The position numbers were made by a program, and so were the translations under genes. From a virus, in IMG/VR virus record IMGVR_UViG_3300034082_004296, positions 96,001 to 160,000 of that record: 64,000 nt of DNA, one strand, 5' to 3'. The notes under the pieces were generated by a model that saw only the letters and a list, made by a program, of their open reading frames with translations, was not told the origin of the DNA and made no database searches. How positions within the stretch are numbered: the first letter of the stretch is position 1; the number at the start of each line of letters is the position of its first letter. Of the stretch, positions 1-10,914 are shown one piece after another.

Positions 1-377
1 TTACTATATAGGATCGGCTCTTCTCTAGGATTTAGGATAATATGAACTATTATTTTTGGAACAGCTACTGTAGATCTACTCATTCTAGTATTAGCGTCTA
101 TACTGTATCCAAGTTTATCAAAGTTTATCTTTTCCCAAGGAAGACCCTCAAAGTGACTGTCTTCTTCTAAGTCAGGTGAAGAGTCTCTACGAACATTTAG
201 GATCAAATCAAAGGTAAATGGTTCAATAAATTCCATTCCAGAAAAAACAGAATACTCTGTGCTCTCACCTGTAGGTGAAGTACGAATCTTTGTGATTAGA
301 GTTTGAGCCAATCTTTTGATAAACTCTTCCTTGCTATCCACGTTTTCATTTATGAATTGATTGAAAGACTTAATCAT
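1..377 (-). CDS. Hypothetical protein, truncated at the window edge, with a capsid-targeting-like N-terminus (MIKSFNQFINE)
   Basis: Not in the ORF track. ATG at 375-377 overlaps the stop of the upstream gene (TAATG). The frame stays open to position 1: MIKSFNQFINENVDSKEEFIKRLAQ...REEPILYS. Confidence 0.8.
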   Translation of the reverse strand, partial: MIKSFNQFINENVDSKEEFIKRLAQTLITKIRTSPTGESTEYSVFSGMEFIEPFTFDLILNVRRDSSPDLEEDSHFEGLPWEKINFDKLGYSIDANTRMSRSTVAVPKIIVHIILNPREEPILYS

Positions 378-889
378 TATCTTTTATGTTTTACAAAAGT
401 CACCTCTATTTCATCAGTAGTAGGAGTACCGTTTGAAAAAACAACAGTAACATCTGGTAATTTCTTAGCAATTAGGTTGGCTGAAACTGCATTCTTTAAC
501 TTTTCAATAAATTGAAGATCATCGCTTGAAATATTTGTACGATCTCCCTTGATTATGTCTTCTAAACTCTTTTGACGAATCTCTATCTCCGGCTTATTTA
601 GGTCATTCTTATCTGAAGAAATAACGTTTTCTTTGATCCAGGCCTGCAACTTGTCCTTTTTAATTGAATAACAAGGATACTCTACCACAACGCTACCGTC
701 TGGATATTTTCTACGAGTTGTACCAGCATCTTCTGGCCCAGTCATGAATATAAACTTATACTCTACTGGCTTTGCGCCTGGTGCACCGGGTGTTCCTGGA
801 GCAGGCGGTGCCCCTGGCATCATTGGCGGGGCTGCCATATCTTGCTCAAATAAAAAATCAGAATATTTTTTGATGTGTTTATTTTTCAT
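377..889 (-). CDS. Hypothetical protein with a capsid-targeting-like N-terminus and a Pro-rich linker
   Basis: Track ORF 377..916. The likely start is the ATG at 889 (MKNKHIKKYSDFLFEQ), followed by MAAPPMMPGAPPAPGTPGAPGAKP. Confidence 0.75.
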   Translation of the reverse strand: MKNKHIKKYSDFLFEQDMAAPPMMPGAPPAPGTPGAPGAKPVEYKFIFMTGPEDAGTTRRKYPDGSVVVEYPCYSIKKDKLQAWIKENVISSDKNDLNKPEIEIRQKSLEDIIKGDRTNISSDDLQFIEKLKNAVSANLIAKKLPDVTVVFSNGTPTTDEIEVTFVKHKR

Positions 890-1112
890 CTTTGTTAGAA
901 TCTTTCTTTTTTTCAATAATCACCCCTCCACGTTCCTTCCACATTCCTCGATTTATTTGAATATCTTTATTTTTACCATCTATTGTGATCGCGCCATCTT
1001 TTACTCTTTTGACTTGATATCGCGTTCCCATCCAGCGAATGGTGTCCCCTTTTTCAATAGATTCAAATTCATTGTCCTTGCTCTCGTTTATGAACTGGTT
1101 GAAATTAAGCAT
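879..1112 (-). CDS. Small protein (possible SH3-like beta-barrel) with a capsid-targeting-like N-terminus (MLNFNQFINE)
   Basis: 77-aa ORF directly downstream of a GATAAATA motif. The GDTIRW...YQVKRV pattern suggests a small beta-barrel. Confidence 0.75.
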   Translation of the reverse strand: MLNFNQFINESKDNEFESIEKGDTIRWMGTRYQVKRVKDGAITIDGKNKDIQINRGMWKERGGVIIEKKKDSNKDEK

Positions 1113-1129
1113 GAAACTAGATTTTTTAT

Positions 1130-1137
1130 TATTTATC
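1130..1137 (-). promoter_or_regulatory. Putative late promoter GATAAATA
   Basis: Recurrent RATAAATA motif, here just upstream of the ATG at 1112; resembles the T4 late promoter TATAAATA. Confidence 0.6.
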
Positions 1138-1142
1138 TAAAC

Positions 1143-1170
1143 AAAAAAGCAGCAAAGGTTATTTGCTGCT
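1143..1170 (-). terminator. Intrinsic terminator downstream of nrdA
   Basis: On the minus strand, the hairpin AGCAGCAAA-loop-TTTGCTGCT is followed by a T run. Confidence 0.7.
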
Positions 1171-1194
1171 CCGATATATTTTTTTATTAGTTGC

Positions 1195-3000
1195 CTATCC
1201 ATCACAGCTTAAACAATCGGTCATTGCTCTAGCTGAAATATCTCCTCTTAATACTGACTCTGTTCTCATGTAATAGAGAGTCTTGATTCCAGACTGGTAT
1301 GCTTCTAAGTGAACTTGGTTGATAAACTTAGGTTCAGCTTCAGTAGGGAAAGCAAGATTTAAAGAAACTGCCTGATCAATGTATTGTTGGCGCAAGCCGG
1401 CCTGTCTAACTAATTCTAATTGATTGATTTCTTTAAACGTAAGGTATACGTCTTTTAATGGAACATATACACTCTTTTCTACTTCTGGAAGCTTGGTCCA
1501 TTTGCTTAGAGTGATTGGGTTACTTGTCTCCCCTAGTTTTACTCGATAATTATCTAGAAAATCTAATCCTTGAACTGATCCTCCATCAGATAATATTTGA
1601 TCCCATACTTCTTTAGTATCGTGCCCTAATTTTTCAAGAACTCGTTCTAATGATGGGTTCTTACGAATAAATGTACCTTTAGCAGTTTGCTCAGTAAAAA
1701 CGTTGGCTGCCCATGGTTCAATACCGGCAGAAACATTTCCAGAAAGCTTAGAATTAGACACAGTAGGGGCAATCGCTCTTAAATGAGTGTTTCTCATTCC
1801 AGTACCAACACACCATAGAGGCTCGCCGTATTCTCTAGCCATGTCTCGACTTGCTCTTTCACTCTCAATCTTTAACTGAGAAAAGATCTTTCGGGTCTCA
1901 AATTGAGCGGGTAGAGAATCAAATGGGATATTTTTATTTTGTAAGTATGTGTGCCAGCCAAGTACGCCAAGACCAAGGGCTCTACCTTTTTCAGCAGACC
2001 TAACTGAGTTTTCAAATCCTCTCATGTATTTTGCACGATGGATAAATTCTTCTAATACGCCATCTAGAAACCAAGTAGCAGTATAGATAAGATCGGTGTC
2101 TTTCCATTCATCGTATTTAGCTAAGTTTAGCGAGGATAGACAACAAACAAACGAGTGATTCTCATCAGTATGTAAAGTGATCTCAGAACAGATATTGGTC
2201 ATATATACTTTAAGGCCGTTCTTTTTATATGCTTCTGGGCTTTGGCGATTAACGTTTCCTTTATACATAATATATGGTTCGCCAGTAGCTTTACGTTTTC
2301 TTAAAACAGCAGTCCATCTTCTTCTGGATTCCTTATCTCCATGCTCAAGTTTTTGCATAAAATCATCAGATACAATAACGCACTGGTGTAAATTTAAACA
2401 CTGACGATTAATATCTCCTTTAGGCTCCCTAATTTCAAGCCAGTCCCAAAAATCTCCGTGTTCAATATCTATATTTACTGAAGCTGCACCTCTACGAACG
2501 TTTCCTTGATTAGTAGCGAGCACGGCAGAATCATAAATCTTACAAAATGGAACGACTCCATCCGATGTGCCATTTTGAGCAATCGTTGAACCTGCTGGAC
2601 GAACTTGATTTATTCCGATTCCAACGCCTCCTCCGTGTTTGGCAAGAAGCATTAACTCTAAGTTTTTGTTTCCAATATCTGCGATTGAGTCAGCTACGTC
2701 TATTCCAAAACAGCTAATGGGTAAGCCGCGTTCAGTACCAGTATTAGAAAATACTGGGGTGGCTAAATTTAACCATCCACGCCACATGTAATCAAAAAAC
2801 TTAGAAGCTAGTTCAGGTTTTCTAAGTCGCTTAGCGACTGCACTGGCAACTCGCCAGTAGGCATCCTTTGGAGTTTCACCTTCAAGTAGGTAGCCCTTAG
2901 ATACTGTTTTGACATATACTTCAGTATTTGCCCATACTGGATAGTGTACTCCTATTTCCCAACCTAGTGATTCACCATGATTTACTTCTTTTTCTTCCAT
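1195..3000 (-). CDS. nrdA: Class I ribonucleotide reductase alpha subunit (short form, no ATP cone)
   Basis: ATPVFSNTG, SCF, GGGVG, TNICSEI (catalytic N-C-E), APTVS, KTLYY and C-terminal CLSCDG motifs. Confidence 0.97.
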   Translation of the reverse strand: MEEKEVNHGESLGWEIGVHYPVWANTEVYVKTVSKGYLLEGETPKDAYWRVASAVAKRLRKPELASKFFDYMWRGWLNLATPVFSNTGTERGLPISCFGIDVADSIADIGNKNLELMLLAKHGGGVGIGINQVRPAGSTIAQNGTSDGVVPFCKIYDSAVLATNQGNVRRGAASVNIDIEHGDFWDWLEIREPKGDINRQCLNLHQCVIVSDDFMQKLEHGDKESRRRWTAVLRKRKATGEPYIMYKGNVNRQSPEAYKKNGLKVYMTNICSEITLHTDENHSFVCCLSSLNLAKYDEWKDTDLIYTATWFLDGVLEEFIHRAKYMRGFENSVRSAEKGRALGLGVLGWHTYLQNKNIPFDSLPAQFETRKIFSQLKIESERASRDMAREYGEPLWCVGTGMRNTHLRAIAPTVSNSKLSGNVSAGIEPWAANVFTEQTAKGTFIRKNPSLERVLEKLGHDTKEVWDQILSDGGSVQGLDFLDNYRVKLGETSNPITLSKWTKLPEVEKSVYVPLKDVYLTFKEINQLELVRQAGLRQQYIDQAVSLNLAFPTEAEPKFINQVHLEAYQSGIKTLYYMRTESVLRGDISARAMTDCLSCDG

Positions 3001-3127
3001 TTTTTATTTGATTTAATTTTTGTGCTATTCTGGGTGAGATTCCGATCCATTCAACAATGCCTCTTTTGCCTACTTCATGGAGCTTATTAAAATACTCTTC
3101 CCATGGTGTTAATTTATTATCTTGCAT
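2972..3127 (-). CDS. Small basic hypothetical protein (51 aa)
   Basis: Not in the track. MQDNKLTPWEEYFNKLHEVGKRGIVEWIGISPRIAQKLNQIKNGRKRSKSW fills the gap between the SET gene and nrdA and overlaps the nrdA start. Confidence 0.5.
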   Translation of the reverse strand: MQDNKLTPWEEYFNKLHEVGKRGIVEWIGISPRIAQKLNQIKNGRKRSKSW

Positions 3128-3130
3128 GCT

Positions 3131-3496
3131 TTATTCAAAAGAGCGTATTTCACAAACTAATTGTCTATAGTCAGTTAGAATTTCTTCCCCTGACTGGATA
3201 TCTACTTTTGCATAAGTGCAAGGTCCATCCTCATAAACATTTGGCTCGTCTGAATGATTTGTAAATTTATCATTATCCATAGAGCAATATATGACATCTC
3301 CTCTTCTATAACAATACATATTTATGTAAGATAATTCTCTTTCGCTGTATTTAAAAAGATCTTCTTTTTCTATTTTAATAGAAAGATTATCTTCCTCAAA
3401 TATCTTGGTTCCTTTTGGAATAAATTCATCTGCAAAAAGACCTAGACCGGCCCCAGGTATTGTACTTGTATCGATTTTTGTTTTAACTAATAACAT
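3131..3496 (-). CDS. SET-domain protein (putative lysine methyltransferase)
   Basis: Motifs GAGLGLFA...IPKG, NHSDEPN and DIQSGEEILTDY. Confidence 0.9.
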   Translation of the reverse strand: MLLVKTKIDTSTIPGAGLGLFADEFIPKGTKIFEEDNLSIKIEKEDLFKYSERELSYINMYCYRRGDVIYCSMDNDKFTNHSDEPNVYEDGPCTYAKVDIQSGEEILTDYRQLVCEIRSFE

Positions 3497-3511
3497 ATCA
3501 ATCCTTTTTAT

Positions 3512-4516
3512 TTACCAAAGTTCGTCTTCTGACCAGTTTTCATTTTCTCCAGCCTTTGCATAATCAGTAGGACGAATTGCGAAAAAATCAGTATGAGTAT
3601 GTCCGCCAGTAAGATGATAAAACCAGTCAAGCTCAGAGGCAGAATCTTCACTATAATGGAAAACTGATTCGTATCCTAATTCATTTAGTTTTTCGTTTGC
3701 TCTCTTCTTAATAAAGTCTTTTAGGTTCTCAGATTTAAGATTCTCAAGATCTCCCATTTCAAACATTTTATCGATAAAAGCAAGTTCCATATCTACCATT
3801 AAGGCCGCCGCTTCTTCCACTTGTGCTTGAACTGACTCACGAAGTTCAGGATATTCTTCACACATATGTCTAAATAATTGACAGCCCATTTTAGAATGTA
3901 GTGATTCGTCACGGACTGACCACTTCATCTGTTGACCTATTCCTTTTAGATAGTTTCTCATTTGAAAAGAATATAGGACAGCAAAGGACGAATAGAGGGA
4001 TACACCTTCAGCGAATGCGGAAAATATAGCAAGAGACTTTGCCGCATCTCTACGGGCATCTGATGAATCAGCTAGATCAATATGGGTGTAATCGCTAGCA
4101 GTAGATAAGAGAAATTCAAATTTATTAGCAATAGTCGGCTCATGCATAAATCCTTTAAAATCATCTAATCCTAAAGTTTCATTAAGGTATGAATAAGCGG
4201 TTGCATGAATAGTCTCTTGAGAACCAAAGATCATGGCCATTTGTTTTATCTCATGCTTAGGAAACCACTTAGTCACCATGCCGGTCCAATAATCACTGAC
4301 TGCACACTCAGTTTGGGCAAAACCTAAAAGAATATTACCGACTAGGTTTTTCTCAGCAGATGTTAGGTTTTCATTCCAATCTTTAATGTCGCCTTGCATA
4401 GAGATCTCAGTATGTAACCAAAATGCTTGTGCTTGTTTGAGCCAGCCTTCTGTATAATAAACTGGATATTCAAAGGGTTTATATTCTATTCTTTCTTTAA
4501 AAAGTGAACTTGCCAT
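3512..4516 (-). CDS. nrdB: Class I ribonucleotide reductase beta subunit
   Basis: Ferritin-like motifs AQTE, QETIHATAY, EGVSLYSSF and DESLH; C-terminal DFF...TDY. Confidence 0.97.
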   Translation of the reverse strand: MASSLFKERIEYKPFEYPVYYTEGWLKQAQAFWLHTEISMQGDIKDWNENLTSAEKNLVGNILLGFAQTECAVSDYWTGMVTKWFPKHEIKQMAMIFGSQETIHATAYSYLNETLGLDDFKGFMHEPTIANKFEFLLSTASDYTHIDLADSSDARRDAAKSLAIFSAFAEGVSLYSSFAVLYSFQMRNYLKGIGQQMKWSVRDESLHSKMGCQLFRHMCEEYPELRESVQAQVEEAAALMVDMELAFIDKMFEMGDLENLKSENLKDFIKKRANEKLNELGYESVFHYSEDSASELDWFYHLTGGHTHTDFFAIRPTDYAKAGENENWSEDELW

Positions 4517-4666
4517 ACTCTTTTACTTGTTTTTTTAGACAGCACAGCTTATACATCAGCTGGGCCAATTGTTAAATTTTTCAGTGTCACGTGTTTAATC
4601 TAGATTGAACTGAACTAGTTCTAAGTTATTTATCTTGACTTAATTTGGATGAGAGCTCTTTTGAAA

Positions 4667-5830
4667 TTAATTTTCAGAGTCTTCAACAAATTCAAACTTT
4701 AGGCTCTTATTTAGGACATCTACTTTAGATACTTTAACATATGGAAACCTATTTAAGTTCTTTTCAAGATCTTTTCTTTTTAGAGAAACTTCATAATTTT
4801 CTCCGTCGATCTCAATTGAAATAGAATTTTTCTTGATGTCAACGTCATATGTAAAACTTTTAGATTCGGTCTTTTCTCTAAGTTTTTGCCATGCAAGCTT
4901 TTCAGCATTGACGCTGTCTGCATTTAGAGTAAGAACTATTCTAAACTGTCCGCCTTTTGTTGTGATATCTTTTACAAAAACAGTTAATGGATCACCTGTT
5001 TTTAGAGTTTTTCTTATTTTTTCATAATCTTCAAACTCGGTTTGGTGAACAAGCCCAGTAAAGTAGCCATCTATCTCAACAAATACTCCAAAATCGTATG
5101 GTTTGTTAGTAAGTACCCCTTGATATTCTCGATTAAATTCTAAATTTTCAATCATAGTCGGCATCGACTGAGCAACATATTTCTTATATGAAAGTATGAA
5201 TAGATCATTTGCTTGGTCGTAGTTATCTACCATGACAGTTAATGTCTTATTTAACATATCATTGAAGTTATGCACGACATTTGCTGCTGCATGTGATCCA
5301 GGTATAAAACACTCTATCTCTTTTTTATAGACTGCTAAGTATCCTCCTTTTATTAGTTTTGTGATAGTTACATCAAACCATGTATTTTGATTAAGGTGAT
5401 CAAATAGTTCTTGTTTATATGAGATAGAAAGAGCTTTTCTCTCAGATCCATAGTTTTCTCCGTGTCTAGTTGATTTATAAACCATTATCAAGAACTCACG
5501 GTCTTCACCTTTGGAAAGGATATCAAGATCCTTAGAATACTCCCTAAATGGGATTATTACTGGAGTCTTGGAACCAATTTCTTCTGCGTGAATTAGTTTA
5601 TCGTCAAATGAGATAAGGTTTGCTTTTACTCGATATACTCCGCTTTCTTCAAGGTCCTTAGTTGATGTCTGCCACTGACCTGTGCTTTCAAGCTGATTCA
5701 TTCGGTCATATAGCTCCTGAGCATATGACTCTTGGCAATAGATTTTAACTCCAGCATTTTTATCCTCTGGTGTAAGACTCACTTCAGTATTATATTTACT
5801 TACTATTTTAAATGGATCTGTTGTTGTCAT
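4667..5830 (-). CDS. Ribosomal protein S1-like RNA-binding protein (multiple S1 domains)
   Basis: S1 signatures KGGYLA...CFIPGS and GVLTNKPYDFGVFVEIDGYFTGLVHQTE. Confidence 0.85.
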   Translation of the reverse strand: MTTTDPFKIVSKYNTEVSLTPEDKNAGVKIYCQESYAQELYDRMNQLESTGQWQTSTKDLEESGVYRVKANLISFDDKLIHAEEIGSKTPVIIPFREYSKDLDILSKGEDREFLIMVYKSTRHGENYGSERKALSISYKQELFDHLNQNTWFDVTITKLIKGGYLAVYKKEIECFIPGSHAAANVVHNFNDMLNKTLTVMVDNYDQANDLFILSYKKYVAQSMPTMIENLEFNREYQGVLTNKPYDFGVFVEIDGYFTGLVHQTEFEDYEKIRKTLKTGDPLTVFVKDITTKGGQFRIVLTLNADSVNAEKLAWQKLREKTESKSFTYDVDIKKNSISIEIDGENYEVSLKRKDLEKNLNRFPYVKVSKVDVLNKSLKFEFVEDSEN

Positions 5831-5848
5831 TGTGAATTAATTTATAAT

Positions 5849-5874
5849 TTATACAAAGTTAGTGAATAAAGTTT
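5849..5874 (-). promoter_or_regulatory. Putative bipartite promoter AAAC-N16-GTATAA
   Basis: The same bipartite motif occurs at 12567-12594(-), 12826-12852(+) and 39321-39347(+). This copy lies just after a terminator and before the S1 gene. Confidence 0.55.
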
Positions 5875-5884
5875 TTATGGAAAT

Positions 5885-5915
5885 AAAAAAAAGAGATAGT
5901 TTCCTATCTCTTTTT
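5885..5915 (-). terminator. Intrinsic terminator after groEL
   Basis: On the minus strand: AAAAAGAGATAG-GAAA-CTATCTCTTTTTTTT, a perfect stem with a GNRA loop and U tract. Confidence 0.85.
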
Positions 5916-5935
5916 GCTTTTAATATTGGTCAGTC

Positions 5936-8320
<2,385 letters not shown>

Positions 8321-8337
<17 letters not shown>

Positions 8338-9055
8338 ACTCTTCTACTACAGAAAGGTTTGATAGTTTTAAAAGAGTTTGTATTCCGGCAAAAACATCAC
8401 GTTGACAATATTCAGCAATTCGTTGAGTATCTCCATCTTGCCAAAAAACTCGACTAACTTCTTCCCCTTTGATATCTCCCTTTGGAGTCTCAAGACCAAT
8501 TGAGGTCACTAATAATTCAAGAGAAACAAATCCCTCTTGCCATGCTCCAAAACTCCATAACTCAGAAGTATCAATAAATGGCATTTCCCAAGGCTTAAGG
8601 TTTTGGATCTGTAAGCCCTTAGGTAGGGATCTTCCATGGATCAGGAGTCTCTTGCACATCATGGGTATGTCAAAGCGTTTGATATTATGGCCTGAAAACT
8701 TTAAGGCTGCAAACTTATCGAATACTTTTTGAATTCCATCTAATACTTCGTCTTCATGCCCTGAACAGTAGCTTTTTATGATTACATTAGGATCCTCTCC
8801 AATAAAGTTAAGTCGACCAAAGGTAGCACAGACTATTCTCGCAAACTCTGGAGTCAAGGCCGCTTTTGCTTCATATAATTGCTCGTCAGTCATGTCTCGA
8901 TTCTCTTCAAATCGGGAACGAAGATATTCACAACGTTTTGACCAAAGCTCAGCCATCTTTGGCTTATTAAGAGCTAATTGATCTAGTGATTCGTATTCTG
9001 ATGCTGTTTCCAGGTCAAAGAATACTGTTTTTGCTAATTCTGCAGGTGTGTACAT
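8321..9055 (-). CDS. PolB-related 3'-5' exonuclease (DEDD)
   Basis: FFDLET (ExoI), GHNIKRFDIP (ExoII) and YCQRDV (ExoIII). Confidence 0.9.
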
Positions 9056-9065
9056 GTATTTGGTT

Positions 9066-9188
9066 TTAATTATTATCGTTATCTAAATCGTCAGCCTCAT
9101 TGTATACTCTTCGAACCACTTCTATTATTAGAACGATTGCTAAAAAAGTAGCTATAAAAGCTGCTGAAATAATTACTAATGTTTTCAT
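9066..9188 (-). CDS. Small single-pass membrane protein (40 aa)
   Basis: Not in the track. MKTLVIISAAFIATFLAIVLIIEVVRRVYNEADDLDNDNN fills the intergenic gap in the operon orientation. Confidence 0.6.
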   Translation of the reverse strand: MKTLVIISAAFIATFLAIVLIIEVVRRVYNEADDLDNDNN

Positions 9189-9203
9189 AGTCTTCTATTT
9201 TTT

Positions 9204-9812
9204 TTAATCCCACCAGTGCTTCATACCGTTTCCATTGAACCACTTATTCCAGACTTCTTCTGTACCGGTTTTAGGGTTTTCGGATTTTGCTTTATCTAAG
9301 AGCATGATATAGTGAGTATGTTCCTGTCCTTCAAATATCTTCCAAAGTTCTTTCCATTCTTTATCTTCTAATTCATGAGAAAGCTCAAACAGTTTACGGT
9401 TTTTTTCGGTCACCTTTTTAGGTTCTCCATCACCAGTAATACTATAATTTAGGTTTACTTTATAACCTAGCTCCCCTTCTGCTAACTCAAGATAATCTTC
9501 ATTTGATTGTCGATTAAGTATCTCAATCGCTCTCTTGATTGCCGCAACTTTTTTTAGTCGAGGCTCGTCTACTTCGTTACCGTGATATTCTAATGTATGG
9601 GCTAAAGGTTCAAGCGAACGGCTTAGGATCTTCATTTGATAACTGGAGTCCCATGACCTATATTGCCAAATAACTTTCCAGAAAAAAAAGATATTCTTTA
9701 TTCCTTGCACTAGGTCGTATCTGAAAAAATTCCATGCTTGCCAGTACCATCTCTGACGATTGATTATTCTCTGAATTGAGTCAAAAAACCCGTCTGCAAA
9801 TTTAATTTCCAT
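9204..9812 (-). CDS. Hypothetical phage protein (Trp-rich, ends MKHWWD)
   Basis: 202-aa ORF within the operon; helical, with a C-terminal WWD end often seen in uncharacterised phage proteins. Confidence 0.8.
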   Translation of the reverse strand: MEIKFADGFFDSIQRIINRQRWYWQAWNFFRYDLVQGIKNIFFFWKVIWQYRSWDSSYQMKILSRSLEPLAHTLEYHGNEVDEPRLKKVAAIKRAIEILNRQSNEDYLELAEGELGYKVNLNYSITGDGEPKKVTEKNRKLFELSHELEDKEWKELWKIFEGQEHTHYIMLLDKAKSENPKTGTEEVWNKWFNGNGMKHWWD

Positions 9813-10152
9813 ATTCTTTGTAATTTTTATCTATATGTAGGTCAAAAATATTTTGAGCTTGATCTAGATCAGCCGCAGTAGGTCCAGGGTTAGTAATCCT
9901 AATAAATCCATTTTGATATACTGAAAGGTATTCAAGGTCAGCTAACACTATTTTGTTTTTTTGTAAAGCCTTTATATAGTTACAAAAATTCTTATATACA
10001 TTTGAAGGTGCCACTTTTTTAAGGATTTTTAATCTCTCGGTTGAGATAAATGGAGTGACATAATTTTCACTATCTGCATAGAGAAGGCCAACTGTGATCT
10101 GGTCATCAGTCATTGATGTTAGTCGATATGATAAAAAACTTATGTGTGCCAT
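9802..10152 (-). CDS. Hypothetical protein, DUF3037-like
   Basis: Likely start is the ATG at 10152 (MAHISFLSY...). The pattern SFLSY...DQITVGLL...YLSVYQNGFIRITNP resembles DUF3037, by eye. Confidence 0.55.
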   Translation of the reverse strand: MAHISFLSYRLTSMTDDQITVGLLYADSENYVTPFISTERLKILKKVAPSNVYKNFCNYIKALQKNKIVLADLEYLSVYQNGFIRITNPGPTAADLDQAQNIFDLHIDKNYKEYGN

Positions 10153-10153
10153 T

Positions 10154-10663
10154 TTAACTAAAGTCAGTTGATGTGGATACTCTAAGCCCATCGATAATAA
10201 GATCAAAATATTTTTCATGATCATATCCATATTCTCGATGATAGCCCTCTTTTTTCATGTGGTCTAGATAATCTTGATTGTATAAAAATCCATCAGGTTC
10301 GCCCCAAGAAAGGGCCATTTGGATAAACTCCTCTACTTCTTGTTCAGCTCCATATTCATCGACTACTCTACCGCTACGAATAAAGGCAAGAAGTTCCTCC
10401 TTGTCCCGGTAATACTTTTCCTTATTGAAATTCCAACAGAACCGCCAGCCCATGCTTCGCTTACCTAGATGAATTGAAGTTCCATCAATAAATTCGCTCC
10501 AAGGTGAGTGGTATTCCCAGGTAGATTCACTATTTTCTAGCGTGCAAAAGCCTCTCTCGATTGTTCCTGGCGAAAGATCAAGACTCTCTACTCTCTCTTG
10601 GAGTTTCTTTTTTCTCTCAAGCAATTCAGCGTGAGTCGGTATTCTATAATAATTTGTTCCCAT
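10154..10663 (-). CDS. Conserved hypothetical phage protein
   Basis: MGTNYY...HLGKRSMGWRF...VVDEYG pattern; tightly packed in the operon. Confidence 0.8.
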   Translation of the reverse strand: MGTNYYRIPTHAELLERKKKLQERVESLDLSPGTIERGFCTLENSESTWEYHSPWSEFIDGTSIHLGKRSMGWRFCWNFNKEKYYRDKEELLAFIRSGRVVDEYGAEQEVEEFIQMALSWGEPDGFLYNQDYLDHMKKEGYHREYGYDHEKYFDLIIDGLRVSTSTDFS

Positions 10664-10664
10664 T

Positions 10665-10913
10665 TTAATTTAGTGCAAATTCATATTCTTTTTTAGTTGT
10701 TTTTGAGTCATCTGTGACTCTAAATCGAGTAGCATCATACCCGATCCACCGCATGCCCATCCTAGTTATCCCTTCATTGGTAATACCTTGAATAATGTAA
10801 ACTCTTTGATCTAGGGCATTGTGATACTCGTTCTCAATAACGTATTCGTTTCCTTCAATCACACAGGCGCCCTCAGGTTGATTCTTATCATTTATACATA
10901 CTACTCTTTTCAT
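10665..10913 (-). CDS. Small hypothetical protein (KRVVCIND family)
   Basis: 82-aa ORF abutting both neighbours. Confidence 0.75.
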   Translation of the reverse strand: MKRVVCINDKNQPEGACVIEGNEYVIENEYHNALDQRVYIIQGITNEGITRMGMRWIGYDATRFRVTDDSKTTKKEYEFALN

Positions 10914-10914
10914 A

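Noticed and set aside
3131-3496. Eukaryotic giant virus origin, suggested by the SET domain, sulfotransferase and collagen
   Set aside because: Sigma factors, T4-type terminase and baseplate genes and bacterial operon structure indicate a bacteriophage.
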